Position numbers and translations under genes: made by a program | Shown here: positions 1 through 8,877 of the stretch, one piece after another | How positions within the stretch are numbered: position 1 is the stretch's first letter | Layout of the letters: each line of letters opens with the position of its first letter | Origin: an uncultured Candidatus Micrarchaeota archaeon | Lineage (GTDB): Archaea; Micrarchaeota; Micrarchaeia; Norongarragalinales; CAINOH01 | Reading direction: 5' to 3' | NCBI GenBank assembly: GCA_903851445.1 | Contig: CAINOH010000009.1 | Span: 23,908-87,907, forward strand | DNA length: 64,000 bases | The notes under the pieces: generated by a model | Seen by the model: the letters and a program-made list of their open reading frames with translations, nothing else | The model's database searches: none | Told to the model about the DNA's origin: nothing

Positions 1-1126
1 CGGGCTTGCGGAGCTTGAGCGTTACGATGTTCTTCTTCTTGTCCGTGACAAAGCCGACGGTAGTGTTGGTGCCTACGCCAAGCACAAGCGGCTCGTCCTT
101 GCCAAGGCCGACTGGGAATATTTCCATCGTGCGGCCAAGCGGGGTAATCTTTATCTTTATCTCATCCATCAGAAGCGGGAGCTTTCCGGGAAGGCCTACT
201 GTGCAGCCCACAAGCGAGTCCGCTTTTGAGATTGCAGGGTCGACTTCAAGTCCCATTGCGATGAGCCCGCCGGGAATCGCTTCCTTAAGTTGCTCGGCGC
301 CGGCGTGGAGCGAGACTATCTTGGACTTTAGCCTGATGTAGCTGGTCTTTTCCTTCTTCTTTCGCGCAGGCCCGGGCAGGAGCTCAACCTGGTCGCCGAT
401 TTTGAATACGCCACGGATTACCGAGCCGCCAACTACGCCGCCATTCACTTCGGCAATCTTTGTGCCGGGCTTGTTCACGTCAAAACTACGCGCAACATAC
501 ATTATTGGCGAGTCTGACGGCTCGCGCTTCGGGGTCGGGATGTCCTTCTCAATCGCCTGTATTAGCGCGTCAAGGTTGATGCCCTGGTTCGCCACAACCG
601 GAATGATTTGCGAGCCCTCGTAAGACGAGCCCTTGAGGAACGCCTTGATTTCCTGGTAGTGCTCAAGGGCGCGTTCCTTGGTCACAAGGTCAATCTTGTT
701 CTGCACGATGACCACGTTCTTGATTCCTGCTGCCTCCAAAACGGCCAGGTGCTCAACGGTCTGGGGCATCGGGCACTTCTCCGTTGCAGCTATCAGGAAA
801 AGCGCGCCGTCGATGATTGAGCTTGCAGCGATGACCGTTGCCATCAATGTCTCGTGCCCCGGCGCGTCAACAAAAGAAATCTTCCTCATGCGCTCGGTCT
901 TTCGGTTGCACACCGGGCACTCCTGCTTCGTGGAAAAGCACTGGGGCGCGGAGCACTTGACACAGCGATAAAACGACGCGTCAGCGTAGCCGAGCTTTAT
1001 CGTGATTCCGCGCTTGAGCTCCTCGCTGTGCGTGTCCGTCCACTTTCCGGTAAGCGCCTGAACCAGGCTGGTCTTCCCGTGGTCGACGTGGCCTATGGTG
1101 CCTATGTTGATTTCAGCTTGAGCCAT
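1..1126 (-). CDS. eif2g: Translation initiation factor 2 gamma subunit (aIF2-gamma), partial; C-terminus runs off the window start
   Basis: Reverse-strand translation from the ATG at 1126..1124 gives MAQAEINIGTIGHVDHGKTSLVQALTG...DAPGHE...NKIDL (GTPase G1-G4 motifs) plus the zinc-ribbon CxxC...CxxC insert typical of e/aIF2-gamma. The frame is open to position 1. It is absent from the ORF track only because no stop lies inside the window. Confidence 0.9.
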   Translation of the reverse strand, partial: MAQAEINIGTIGHVDHGKTSLVQALTGKWTDTHSEELKRGITIKLGYADASFYRCVKCSAPQCFSTKQECPVCNRKTERMRKISFVDAPGHETLMATVIAASSIIDGALFLIAATEKCPMPQTVEHLAVLEAAGIKNVVIVQNKIDLVTKERALEHYQEIKAFLKGSSYEGSQIIPVVANQGINLDALIQAIEKDIPTPKREPSDSPIMYVARSFDVNKPGTKIAEVNGGVVGGSVIRGVFKIGDQVELLPGPARKKKEKTSYIRLKSKIVSLHAGAEQLKEAIPGGLIAMGLEVDPAISKADSLVGCTVGLPGKLPLLMDEIKIKITPLGRTMEIFPVGLGKDEPLVLGVGTNTTVGFVTDKKKNIVTLKLRKP

Positions 1127-1248
1127 TAGAAACAAATTATCGCTGTTTAAGGTTAAAATGGGAATGGGTGGTTTCCCGACGCATTTAACTTACCTTTCGT
1201 GCCAAAGCCATAATATGCAATCTGCCTATTTTACAGAGGTAATTTTCA

Positions 1249-2856
1249 ATGGCCGCGGATTATGATTCGGAAAAGAAAAGGAAGCTCGGCGAGCTTTGCA
1301 AAAAGGGAATCAACCCCTACCCGTACACTTTCGGTCGCACACACAAGGCAAGCCAGGTCAAGGACAACTACGATTCCCTTGAGGGCAAGGACGTCTCCGT
1401 TGCGGGACGCATAATGCAGATGCGCTCCTTTGGAAAGCTCGTGTTCGCAACCCTTGACGACGTCTCGGGCCGCATCCAGGTCTACGCAAGCGAAGCCGAC
1501 GTGGGCCCCGAAGTACTCAAGTCCTTTGAAACCGCGGACCTTGGTGACATCATTGGCGCAACCGGGAAGGTCACAAAGACAAAGAAAGGCGAGGTTTCGG
1601 TCGCAATAAAGAAGTGGGAGATGCTTGCAAAATCACTGCGCACGCTCCCTGAGAAGTTCCACGGCCTGGAGGACACCGAGATTCGCTACCGGAAGCGCTA
1701 CTTGGACCTTCTCATGAACCCCGAGTCGCGGAAGATTGCAATCACACGCTCGCGGATGGTCAGCGCGATGCGCGAGTATTTCGACAGGAACGAGTTCTTC
1801 GAGGTCGAGACGCCCGTCTTGCAGCCGCTTTACGGCGGCGCAGCGGCGCGTCCGTTCATCACGCACCACAATGCGCTTGACACGGACCTGTACCTGCGCA
1901 TCGCAAACGAGCTTTACCTCAAGAGGCTCATAGTCGGCGGGCTTGAGCGAGTCTACGAGTTCTCCAAGGACTTCCGCAACGAGGACATCGACTCGACCCA
2001 CAACCCGGAGTTCACGCAGGTGGAATTCTATTCCGCATACTGGGACTACAACAACTGTATGCGGTTTACCGAAGGCATACTTGGCCACGTGGTCCAGAAA
2101 ATCCATGGAACAAAAAAAATACAGTTCCGCGGGAAGGAAATCAGCTTCGAAGCGCCGTTCAAGGTAGTTTCGCTGGTTGGTGCAATTAAGGAAAAGTCCG
2201 GCGAGGACGTGCTTTCCTGGACTACTGATAAGCAGGCAGTTGATGCTGCAAAGAAGCACGGCCTGGAGTGCAAGATACCAAACAGGGCGCACGTGATTGA
2301 CGCGCTCTTTGACAAGTACGTCCAGCCCGAACTGGTACAGCCGACCTTCCTCATCGATTTCCCGGGCTTCATGTGCCCGCTTGCGAAGAAAAAGCGAGGC
2401 GACGAACGCCTCGCGGAGCGCTTCGAGCTGTTCATCGGCGGAGGTGAGTGCGGAAACTCCTACTCGGAAATCAACGACCCGGTCTTCCAGAGGCAGAAGC
2501 TCGAGGAACAAGCAAGGGAACTTGCGGGCGGGGACGAGGAGGCGATGCCCCTTGACGAGGACTTCCTCGAATCGATGGAGTACGGGATGCCGCCGACCGG
2601 CGGGATGGGAATCGGCATCGACCGGCTGGCAATAATCCTTACTGACTCAGCCTCAATCAAGGAGGTCATACTCTTCCCGAGCATGAGGCCGCTTGACTCT
2701 GAAAGGACGGCAAAGGAAAAAGCCACCCCAAAGGCTGTTGCGGAACAAAAACAAAGGGAAAAGGAAAAAACAAAGGCAACGGGTTCAAAAAAGCCCGAAA
2801 GAAAGTCAAAGACACCCAGGTTTGCCGAGGAGTTGGGTGAGATGCCGTCGATTTGA
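1249..2856 (+). CDS. lysS: Lysyl-tRNA synthetase, class II (LysRS-II), with a Lys-rich C-terminal tail
   Basis: Class II aaRS motifs and a near-identical block to bacterial LysS: FFEVETPVLQPLYGGAAARPFITHHNALDTDLYLRIANELYLKRLIVGGLERVYEFSKDFRNEDIDSTHNPEFTQVEFY. Motif 3 GGMGIGIDRL is present. N-terminal OB anticodon-binding region. Confidence 0.9.
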   Translation: MAADYDSEKKRKLGELCKKGINPYPYTFGRTHKASQVKDNYDSLEGKDVSVAGRIMQMRSFGKLVFATLDDVSGRIQVYASEADVGPEVLKSFETADLGDIIGATGKVTKTKKGEVSVAIKKWEMLAKSLRTLPEKFHGLEDTEIRYRKRYLDLLMNPESRKIAITRSRMVSAMREYFDRNEFFEVETPVLQPLYGGAAARPFITHHNALDTDLYLRIANELYLKRLIVGGLERVYEFSKDFRNEDIDSTHNPEFTQVEFYSAYWDYNNCMRFTEGILGHVVQKIHGTKKIQFRGKEISFEAPFKVVSLVGAIKEKSGEDVLSWTTDKQAVDAAKKHGLECKIPNRAHVIDALFDKYVQPELVQPTFLIDFPGFMCPLAKKKRGDERLAERFELFIGGGECGNSYSEINDPVFQRQKLEEQARELAGGDEEAMPLDEDFLESMEYGMPPTGGMGIGIDRLAIILTDSASIKEVILFPSMRPLDSERTAKEKATPKAVAEQKQREKEKTKATGSKKPERKSKTPRFAEELGEMPSI

Positions 2857-2867
2857 GCGGTAACTGA

Positions 2868-2880
2868 TTCTTTCTTTTTT
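2868..2880 (+). terminator. T-tract (ttctttctttttt) between convergent lysS and the downstream minus-strand gene; candidate archaeal oligo-T terminator
   Basis: T-rich run immediately 3' of the lysS stop. Archaeal termination commonly uses oligo-T tracts. Confidence 0.3.
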
Positions 2881-3418
2881 ACTTGGACTGCTTCGAAAGT
2901 TTGGAGTCCAAGTACCCCATCGCCTGGTATCCCGCATCAAACCCGACTACTGCAAAAGCGTATGCCGGTTCGGAAAGCAGGACGGATATTGCGATTGCGG
3001 TCACGTCCAGTATTACGCGGTAGGACAGGAATTTGCGCAGGGCCTTGTCCTTGATTTTTCTAATCTCGGCTCGGTCCGAGAGAAGTTCGTCCATATACGC
3101 TGCAAGTGCAAGCGCGAACAACGGAAGCGCGTAAGGCATCTTCGGCCCGATTGCAATTGATGCCAGGACGAATGCGAGCATCCCCGCATAGTGTATCGGG
3201 TGGTCCTCCTTTCCCGCAAGCACTACAGCGATTATCACCGCAAGAACTGCGGTTGCGAGCACCGGGCTTTGCGTGAAAAGAACCGCGCCGACAAGGCCGT
3301 AGCCAACGCCCGCGAGGTACCCGTAAACGCTGTGGCGCGAGAGCCGCTTGTCGTCGGCAATGTCGTCAGCGAGCTTGACCAGGCAGCCGCAAAGGATGCA
3401 AAGGAGGTATTCGAGCAC
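2879..3418 (-). CDS. Small polytopic membrane protein (179 aa), function unassigned
   Basis: Four to five hydrophobic helices with an N-terminal DDIADD acidic motif. A CarS/CDP-alcohol-transferase-like role is one possibility but cannot be confirmed from sequence. Confidence 0.45.
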   Translation of the reverse strand: MLEYLLCILCGCLVKLADDIADDKRLSRHSVYGYLAGVGYGLVGAVLFTQSPVLATAVLAVIIAVVLAGKEDHPIHYAGMLAFVLASIAIGPKMPYALPLFALALAAYMDELLSDRAEIRKIKDKALRKFLSYRVILDVTAIAISVLLSEPAYAFAVVGFDAGYQAMGYLDSKLSKQSK

Positions 3419-3432
3419 GTCGGGTCACCAAG

Positions 3433-4404
3433 TCAAAGGAACGGAGAAACAATTATCGGGAATAGCACGGTCGCGTCTCCCTCCACGTAAGCTGATTTCG
3501 CCTTGCCGCTGATTTTCCCCCACGACACGGCCTCGTTGGTGCGCGCGCCGGTCATCGAGCCGTCGTACTGCGTGCCGGTTGAGACGTACACCGCGTAGTC
3601 GAGCCCTCCGCGCATTATGTTGAGGCCGATGGTGTGGTGCTTTGCAAAGCCGCCGCCGAGTATGATTGCGCCTGTTTTCTTCGCAAATCCGACTTCGGTG
3701 CCTATGGCGCGCATGTCGCCTGCAGCGTCAACCACCAGGTCGTAGTCCTGGCGGAAGAACGCAAGGTGCATCCCCATTGCGCCGTCGGTTGGCGCGGGAA
3801 GGACGACCTTGATGTTGTTCCTGTAGGCCCAGTAGACCCACGAGCGTTCAAGCGCCTTCTGGCCCTTGAATTTCTCGGAGATGAACTTTCCGTAATCGTA
3901 AACCAGTTCGGACGGGGACACGACCGCGCGGTATTTCCCGTTCGGCCGCCTCTCCTTTTTACGCTCGAACAGCATCGAATAGAACTCCGTGTCCAGCTTT
4001 TCAAGCATCACGTAGCGGTCGTTGGGCACGAGCACGTTGCCGATGCGGTTGACGCCCTTGTTGTGCAACGCCTTGTCGTCCTCGTTGAACGTCCCAAGCA
4101 GGAAGGGCTTGCTTATTTTCATCACGTCCTCCTCAACCGAGCCCACTCCGGTTACCACGACGTCGCAGAACTTGCGGCGGCAGAGCTCGGCGAAGAGCTC
4201 GCGCAAACCGCCAGAGACCATGTTTGAGGTAAAGGCAAGGAAAGTGTATGCTTTGTCCTTCTTCATCGCCCTGACCACGTCAACGGCGCGGCCAAGCTCG
4301 GAAGCCTGGAAGCCGCCGGACTTGAGCATGCTTGCGTATTCCGAAAGCGTGGTCTTGGAAGTGACATCCAAACCCTCGACGTTTTTTGCTGCCATGAAAG
4401 TCAA
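3433..4404 (-). CDS. dys: Deoxyhypusine synthase
   Basis: 323 aa. C-terminal block ...AIILGGGFAKHHTIGLNIMRGGLDYAVYVSTGTQYDGSMTGARTNEAVSWGKI matches the conserved DHS NAD/spermidine-binding region (GGG.xKH). Confidence 0.9.
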   Translation of the reverse strand: MTFMAAKNVEGLDVTSKTTLSEYASMLKSGGFQASELGRAVDVVRAMKKDKAYTFLAFTSNMVSGGLRELFAELCRRKFCDVVVTGVGSVEEDVMKISKPFLLGTFNEDDKALHNKGVNRIGNVLVPNDRYVMLEKLDTEFYSMLFERKKERRPNGKYRAVVSPSELVYDYGKFISEKFKGQKALERSWVYWAYRNNIKVVLPAPTDGAMGMHLAFFRQDYDLVVDAAGDMRAIGTEVGFAKKTGAIILGGGFAKHHTIGLNIMRGGLDYAVYVSTGTQYDGSMTGARTNEAVSWGKISGKAKSAYVEGDATVLFPIIVSPFL

Positions 4405-4466
4405 CTCGCCTTAGTCAACAGATAATTGCCAGTATATTATTTTGCCCTGCCCGGGCTTTTATCACT

Positions 4467-5633
4467 TTACGGCTGGCTCCATTCTATCTCGTAGTACTCG
4501 AACTTGCTGCTAGGGAGCGCGATGCGCTTCACGAGGTAGTGCGTGATGGAAGTCTCGCGGTCGCAGATTGCAAGCATCAGGTCCAGGCCGTACTTCTTGG
4601 ATGTCTCGATTGCCTTTGCAAGCTCCTGGCCGCCGATTTCCTCTTCTTCGGAAAGCGCGAGCATCGCAAAGCGCGGCCCGGCGTTCTTGGGAGTCTCGAT
4701 GCCATCCTTTGCACGGTGGTATAAGATGTAGTCTATTTCCGATGGAACCTCGCGCTTGGTTCCCGGGATTGCAAGGATGAATGTCTTCTTCACCCCGTGG
4801 GCAACGCGGATTGCGCGGCTCCACTCCGAGATGAGCATCTTGCTCTCGCGGGGAAAGACGTGGATGACGTGCTTTGAGTGCATCCAGTCGTCGTTGGAAA
4901 GCGCAGGCGACGCGCCGGGAAGGTAGAGCCGGAAGTGCGTGCCGAACTTGAACCCAGTCTTGAGCACGCAGCCCCTAAGCCGCCAGTCCTCGTACACTTC
5001 GTAAAGCGCGAGGAAATCTGACCTGCGCTTGGTGGCCTCCTCAATGAGCCGCTTTTCGCCCACGTTGAGCAAAAACCCGCAGTGCCGCATCAGAAACAGG
5101 GTCTCGTAAGCATCAAGCTTGAGAAACCGGCCGTGCTTTCGCGCCTTGTAGGTGCCGAGCTGACCGAACCATCCATTGTCGTAAAGCTGGGCGCCGACAG
5201 CGTCGTCGTCTATCACAGTCATCAGGTCGTCGTAGAAGAACAGCCCCTTTGCCGCAATCCCAAACGGCTTGAATTCCCCTGAAGGGTACTTCTTGACCGG
5301 GTTGCGGCCGTAGTTCTTCTTGGCCTCGCCAAACTCGCGCGCTATGAGCCCTCGGTCGCGCCAGTCCTTGTAGCAGAAGTAGCGCGCGAGGAACTTTCTC
5401 GAGCGGTCGGCCTTTTTCGCAATGTCATTGAAGGACAGCAGCTTGCCTGAAGGCCCCTTGCACTCGGCGTTGCGCACGTCCAATAGGTAAAGCGCCTCCT
5501 CTGCCGAAAGCTCGAGCTCGAACTTTCCCTTCTCCTTTTTCTCAACGCCGTAGAAGCTGCGGTCCAAAGCCTGGACTGACACCAGGTCGCGGACAACTGC
5601 CGACTCGCCGTTGAATTCAAAAACGACTCCCAT
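4467..5633 (-). CDS. endA: tRNA-splicing endonuclease, homodimeric two-repeat type (EndA)
   Basis: Catalytic C-terminal repeat YEVYEDWRLRGCVLKTGFKFGTHFRLY...H...K (the Y.DLR.RG..V..G.KFG.DF..Y signature). A degenerate N-terminal repeat ARYFCYKDWRDRGLIAREFG is also present. Confidence 0.8.
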   Translation of the reverse strand: MGVVFEFNGESAVVRDLVSVQALDRSFYGVEKKEKGKFELELSAEEALYLLDVRNAECKGPSGKLLSFNDIAKKADRSRKFLARYFCYKDWRDRGLIAREFGEAKKNYGRNPVKKYPSGEFKPFGIAAKGLFFYDDLMTVIDDDAVGAQLYDNGWFGQLGTYKARKHGRFLKLDAYETLFLMRHCGFLLNVGEKRLIEEATKRRSDFLALYEVYEDWRLRGCVLKTGFKFGTHFRLYLPGASPALSNDDWMHSKHVIHVFPRESKMLISEWSRAIRVAHGVKKTFILAIPGTKREVPSEIDYILYHRAKDGIETPKNAGPRFAMLALSEEEEIGGQELAKAIETSKKYGLDLMLAICDRETSITHYLVKRIALPSSKFEYYEIEWSQP

Positions 5634-5700
5634 TGCAAACTACCCAAGCGCAGGTGGCTTGTGACACGTTTATATCCTTCAGGATTTTTCCTTAGTATGT

Positions 5701-6141
5701 ATGCACGCGCATAAATTAAACAGGTGCCGCGGCCAGGTCTCGCTCGAGTACGTGGTGGTAGTCGGCTTGGTCCTTGCCGCCTGCGTGCCGGTATGGCTCC
5801 TTGCGCAGGACCGGATTTCGTCCGCGCAGACCGAGCTTGACGCGGCAACTGCACAGGCTTCTGTTGACTCGCTGGTCAAGGCAGCAGACTGGGCGGCGCT
5901 TTCAGGCTATCCTGCGAGGCGCACTGTTGACATAGAACTTCCGCATTCTATCGAGGCCGCGCTTGTCGAAGGACGCGAGGTGCGGATTATTTTCCGCGGC
6001 TCTTCAGGACTGACTGAAGCCTACGGAGTTTCCGAGGCCAACCTCACGGGCGCCATCCCGACCGGCGGCTTGAAGGCAAAGCTCGTCGTGGCTGCAAGCG
6101 AGTCCCAACCGGGAAACGTCACCATTGGGCTGGTGGGCTGA
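5701..6141 (+). CDS. Class III signal peptide (archaeal type IV pilin-like) protein
   Basis: N-terminus ...RCRGQVSLEYVVVVGLVLAA: basic residue, G-Q, E at +5, then a hydrophobic helix. This is the prepilin-peptidase substrate pattern. A TATA-like gtttatat lies ~25 nt upstream. Confidence 0.6.
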   Translation: MHAHKLNRCRGQVSLEYVVVVGLVLAACVPVWLLAQDRISSAQTELDAATAQASVDSLVKAADWAALSGYPARRTVDIELPHSIEAALVEGREVRIIFRGSSGLTEAYGVSEANLTGAIPTGGLKAKLVVAASESQPGNVTIGLVG

Positions 6142-6143
6142 AG

Positions 6144-6539
6144 ATGCGGCGCGGCCAGGTAGCCTTGGAGTTTGTCGCGGCCTGCATGCTGCTCATACTA
6201 GTTTGGACGGCATTCTCGATGCTTTCGAGCGAGTGGAACCGCCGCACCTACGCGGTCGCGGCATCATCGGATGCGCAGGCCCTGCTTGAAAAAATCTATG
6301 GCGAGGCTGTTGACGCAAAGGCTGCCGGTGCGGGATACTCGCATTCGTTTGAAGTGCCTGCGGCGCTTGCAGGCAACGCCGACTATTCCATCGAGCTTTA
6401 CCCGCCATACTCGACGATACAAATCACGTTCAAGGACTCAAGCGCATCGGCAGTGCTCCCGTTCAGCTCGTTCGGGGGGAGCGTGGGCTGCTGCACAGTA
6501 AAAGTGACCAATGACAATGGAAACGTCGTGTTCTCATAG
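6144..6539 (+). CDS. Class III signal peptide pilin-like protein
   Basis: MRRGQVALEFVAACMLLILVW... Confidence 0.65.
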   Translation: MRRGQVALEFVAACMLLILVWTAFSMLSSEWNRRTYAVAASSDAQALLEKIYGEAVDAKAAGAGYSHSFEVPAALAGNADYSIELYPPYSTIQITFKDSSASAVLPFSSFGGSVGCCTVKVTNDNGNVVFS

Positions 6540-7086
6540 GCGCAGGGGCCAGGTGCTGAGCGCGGAAATCGTGCTCGCCACATTCGTGTTCGTGCTGGCT
6601 GTTGCCATCATCAACCACGCATACTCGCGCACGCTTGAGGGCGCGCTTTCTGCCACTCTCGGCCAGGGCGACGTGCGCGCCTATTCAATCCTGCTCCTGG
6701 ACAGCCAGGGTGCACAGCCCGACTGGGACTATGCAAGCCACGATGCCAGGCCCATTACTTTGTCTTCCAACGGCTCAATCAACATCACAAAAGCTGCGTA
6801 CCTTGTCGCGCTGCTTGCTGACAATGAGAGCGCCACGCTCTCGGCGCTCTCTGCCGGGCCGTACAAGATAGGCATAAAGGTGACCGGACAGGACGGAAAA
6901 CCAATAGTTGCGCCGTGCCCGGGGTGCAGCTGCGGCGGAAAGTGCACGGTCACGCTTGAACATTACCCTTCCACGGATTCAAACAACATATTCACAATAG
7001 ACGGCCCCTATAGGCTGGTTAACTCGGACGGCTCCGGCGCAGGCGTTGCAGAGGTCCGGCTGCTGTTCTACAGGACGTACGACTGA
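6511..7086 (+). CDS. Class III signal peptide pilin-like protein; start overlaps the previous gene
   Basis: ...HRRRGQVLSAEIVLATFVFVLAVAII; Cys pair in the C-terminal half. The start could also be the ATG at 6517. Confidence 0.55.
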   Translation: MTMETSCSHRRRGQVLSAEIVLATFVFVLAVAIINHAYSRTLEGALSATLGQGDVRAYSILLLDSQGAQPDWDYASHDARPITLSSNGSINITKAAYLVALLADNESATLSALSAGPYKIGIKVTGQDGKPIVAPCPGCSCGGKCTVTLEHYPSTDSNNIFTIDGPYRLVNSDGSGAGVAEVRLLFYRTYD

Positions 7087-7100
7087 AGGTTGATGATGCT

Positions 7101-7649
7101 TTGGAAAAAGGAAACGGGCGCCGCGGGATTGCTTTTGCAATAGACTCGCTGTTCGCAATTGCGGTCATAGCGGCATTTGCAATCTCCGTTGTGCCGGCGT
7201 ATTCGGCATTCGCTACAGCAGGCGACGCGGCTCCGGACGCGCTTTCAAGGCTGTCCTCTGCAACGCTCCGCTCGATGTGCCTGGCTACTGCAAGCGAGCT
7301 TTCGGCATCCTCTGCGCAAATCACCGGGTTATATTCAGACGGCAACCTCACTGCGAACGATTCGGAAATGACTGCGTGCCAGCTCATTGCACGGCAATCT
7401 GTTGGAAACAATGAATCAATCGCAAGGGCGCGCAACATAACAGCGGAAATCTACGGTCCCCTCATCCCGGCCGCCGTTGGGATGGCGGTCTATGCGAACG
7501 GCACGCTAGTCTACAACTCCACTTCCCAGCCGCAGTCTCCCCTGGCGCTGCACTCGTCCAAGGCGTTCGTCTACACTTACGGAAAGACGGGGGCCGCAAA
7601 AGAGCCCATCGGGCCTGTTGAAATCGAGGTGAGGGCGTGGTGGCCATGA
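7101..7649 (+). CDS. Pseudopilin/minor pilin-like protein
   Basis: MEKGNGRRGIAFAIDSLFAIAVIAAFAISVV: basic-G then a hydrophobic helix. Confidence 0.55.
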   Translation: MEKGNGRRGIAFAIDSLFAIAVIAAFAISVVPAYSAFATAGDAAPDALSRLSSATLRSMCLATASELSASSAQITGLYSDGNLTANDSEMTACQLIARQSVGNNESIARARNITAEIYGPLIPAAVGMAVYANGTLVYNSTSQPQSPLALHSSKAFVYTYGKTGAAKEPIGPVEIEVRAWWP

Positions 7650-8197
7650 GACGGGGTTTTGCCTACTCGCTTGCCGCGCTTGCCCTCGCGCTGGCTGTTG
7701 CGCAGGCTGCGATAATATTCTCGTCAGCATCAGCAGGCGCTGCTTACGGCCGCGTCTCGCAAAAGGATGCCGTGGAGTTCGCCGCGTTCTCCGAGGGCGT
7801 GGCCGGGATGCGGTCCGGCCTGCTCCTAAGCTGCAGCCTTGCTGCGGCTGCTGCCAAGGAATACGAGGAGTCCACCAACAAGTCATTTGTGAACAAGTCG
7901 TGCGTGCTCTCTTTCCTTGCAAGGAACGGCAACGTGACCAGCGGGAACTGCCCTGGCGAGTCGTTTGCGCTGCTTGAGACTTCGAACGGGCAGTATTCGC
8001 TCCTGGCCTGGTCCCTTGGCAACGGCCTAAGGAAGACGGGAACAATCGACGTTTCGGACGAGCTGCTGTCGGTCTACGCGACTGCCAATGAGACGCACAC
8101 TACTTGCTCCGCAACGGCATCGGTCACGGTTGCGACGATTGACAATCACACTTCGATTACGCGCACATGCGTTGCGGCAAGAACAGTCGCAAACTAA
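7637..8197 (+). CDS. Pseudopilin/minor pilin-like protein
   Basis: MVAMRRGFAYSLAALALALAVAQAAIIF... Overlaps the previous stop, so operon-coupled. Confidence 0.55.
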   Translation: MVAMRRGFAYSLAALALALAVAQAAIIFSSASAGAAYGRVSQKDAVEFAAFSEGVAGMRSGLLLSCSLAAAAAKEYEESTNKSFVNKSCVLSFLARNGNVTSGNCPGESFALLETSNGQYSLLAWSLGNGLRKTGTIDVSDELLSVYATANETHTTCSATASVTVATIDNHTSITRTCVAARTVAN

Positions 8198-8877
8198 TAG
8201 CCCGTTTGACAGGCGGGCTTTTATTTGGCGCGTCATTAATAGTGCCATGCGGCGTTGAAGGCAAAAGCCGCGCAAAACGCTTTGGGCAAGAGGGAAGAGG
8301 GATTTTGGCTGAATCTGTGACTGAGGACTCCTCCGAAAAGGCCATCGAGACAGTGGTGGACCGGCTCTACGACCTTGTCAAGGCAAGGAAGGCAATATCG
8401 GTCAGGGAAGTGTCCAAGGCGCTCTCACTCCCAGAACCCCAGACTGAGAAGCTTGCCAGGCTGCTTGAATCGTCAAAGCTCGTGCAGGTAAACTACAGCC
8501 TCTCCGACATAATCATCACAACAGTCGATGAAGCCAAGGCTGCCCCGGCAGCTTTCGCCGCAAGCAATTCCGACTCGGCCGAACGCGAAATACTGACCGC
8601 CTGCGAAGACGTTGCAAGGGCAAAAACCCTCCTTGAATTTTCCAAGCGCCAGACCGAACAGGTTTCAAGGAAGCTTGCACAGGCCGCATCACAGCAGGCG
8701 GCAAGCATCAAGGCAAAGGACGTGAGCCCGGCCTTGAGAAAGCGTCTTGAAAGCCTCGAGTCAGACGCCGCCGAGGCCAAAGGGTATGCAAACGCCGCAC
8801 TTGTGGCGGCAACGGTACTCGAGGAGGCCAGCCAGAAGCTTTCGCAGGCCGCAACACGCAAGGGTGCAAGGCAATGA
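8167..8877 (+). CDS. Hypothetical protein with a putative winged-helix segment and long coiled coil; translationally coupled to the pilus ATPase
   Basis: IETVVDRLYDLVKARKAISVREVSKALSLPEPQTEKLARLLESSKLV is wHTH-like, followed by an A/K/Q-rich coiled coil. The stop overlaps the ATPase start (ATGA). The true start is uncertain; a TTG near 8305 or GTG near 8317 is possible. Confidence 0.4.
   Translation: MRCGKNSRKLIARLTGGLLFGASLIVPCGVEGKSRAKRFGQEGRGILAESVTEDSSEKAIETVVDRLYDLVKARKAISVREVSKALSLPEPQTEKLARLLESSKLVQVNYSLSDIIITTVDEAKAAPAAFAASNSDSAEREILTACEDVARAKTLLEFSKRQTEQVSRKLAQAASQQAASIKAKDVSPALRKRLESLESDAAEAKGYANAALVAATVLEEASQKLSQAATRKGARQ

Noticed and set aside
1633-2511. 292-aa ORF on the minus strand
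   Set aside because: It is entirely antisense to the confidently identified lysS. High GC produces long stop-free antisense frames, and it has no motifs.
3634-4227. 197-aa plus-strand ORF
   Set aside because: Antisense to deoxyhypusine synthase.
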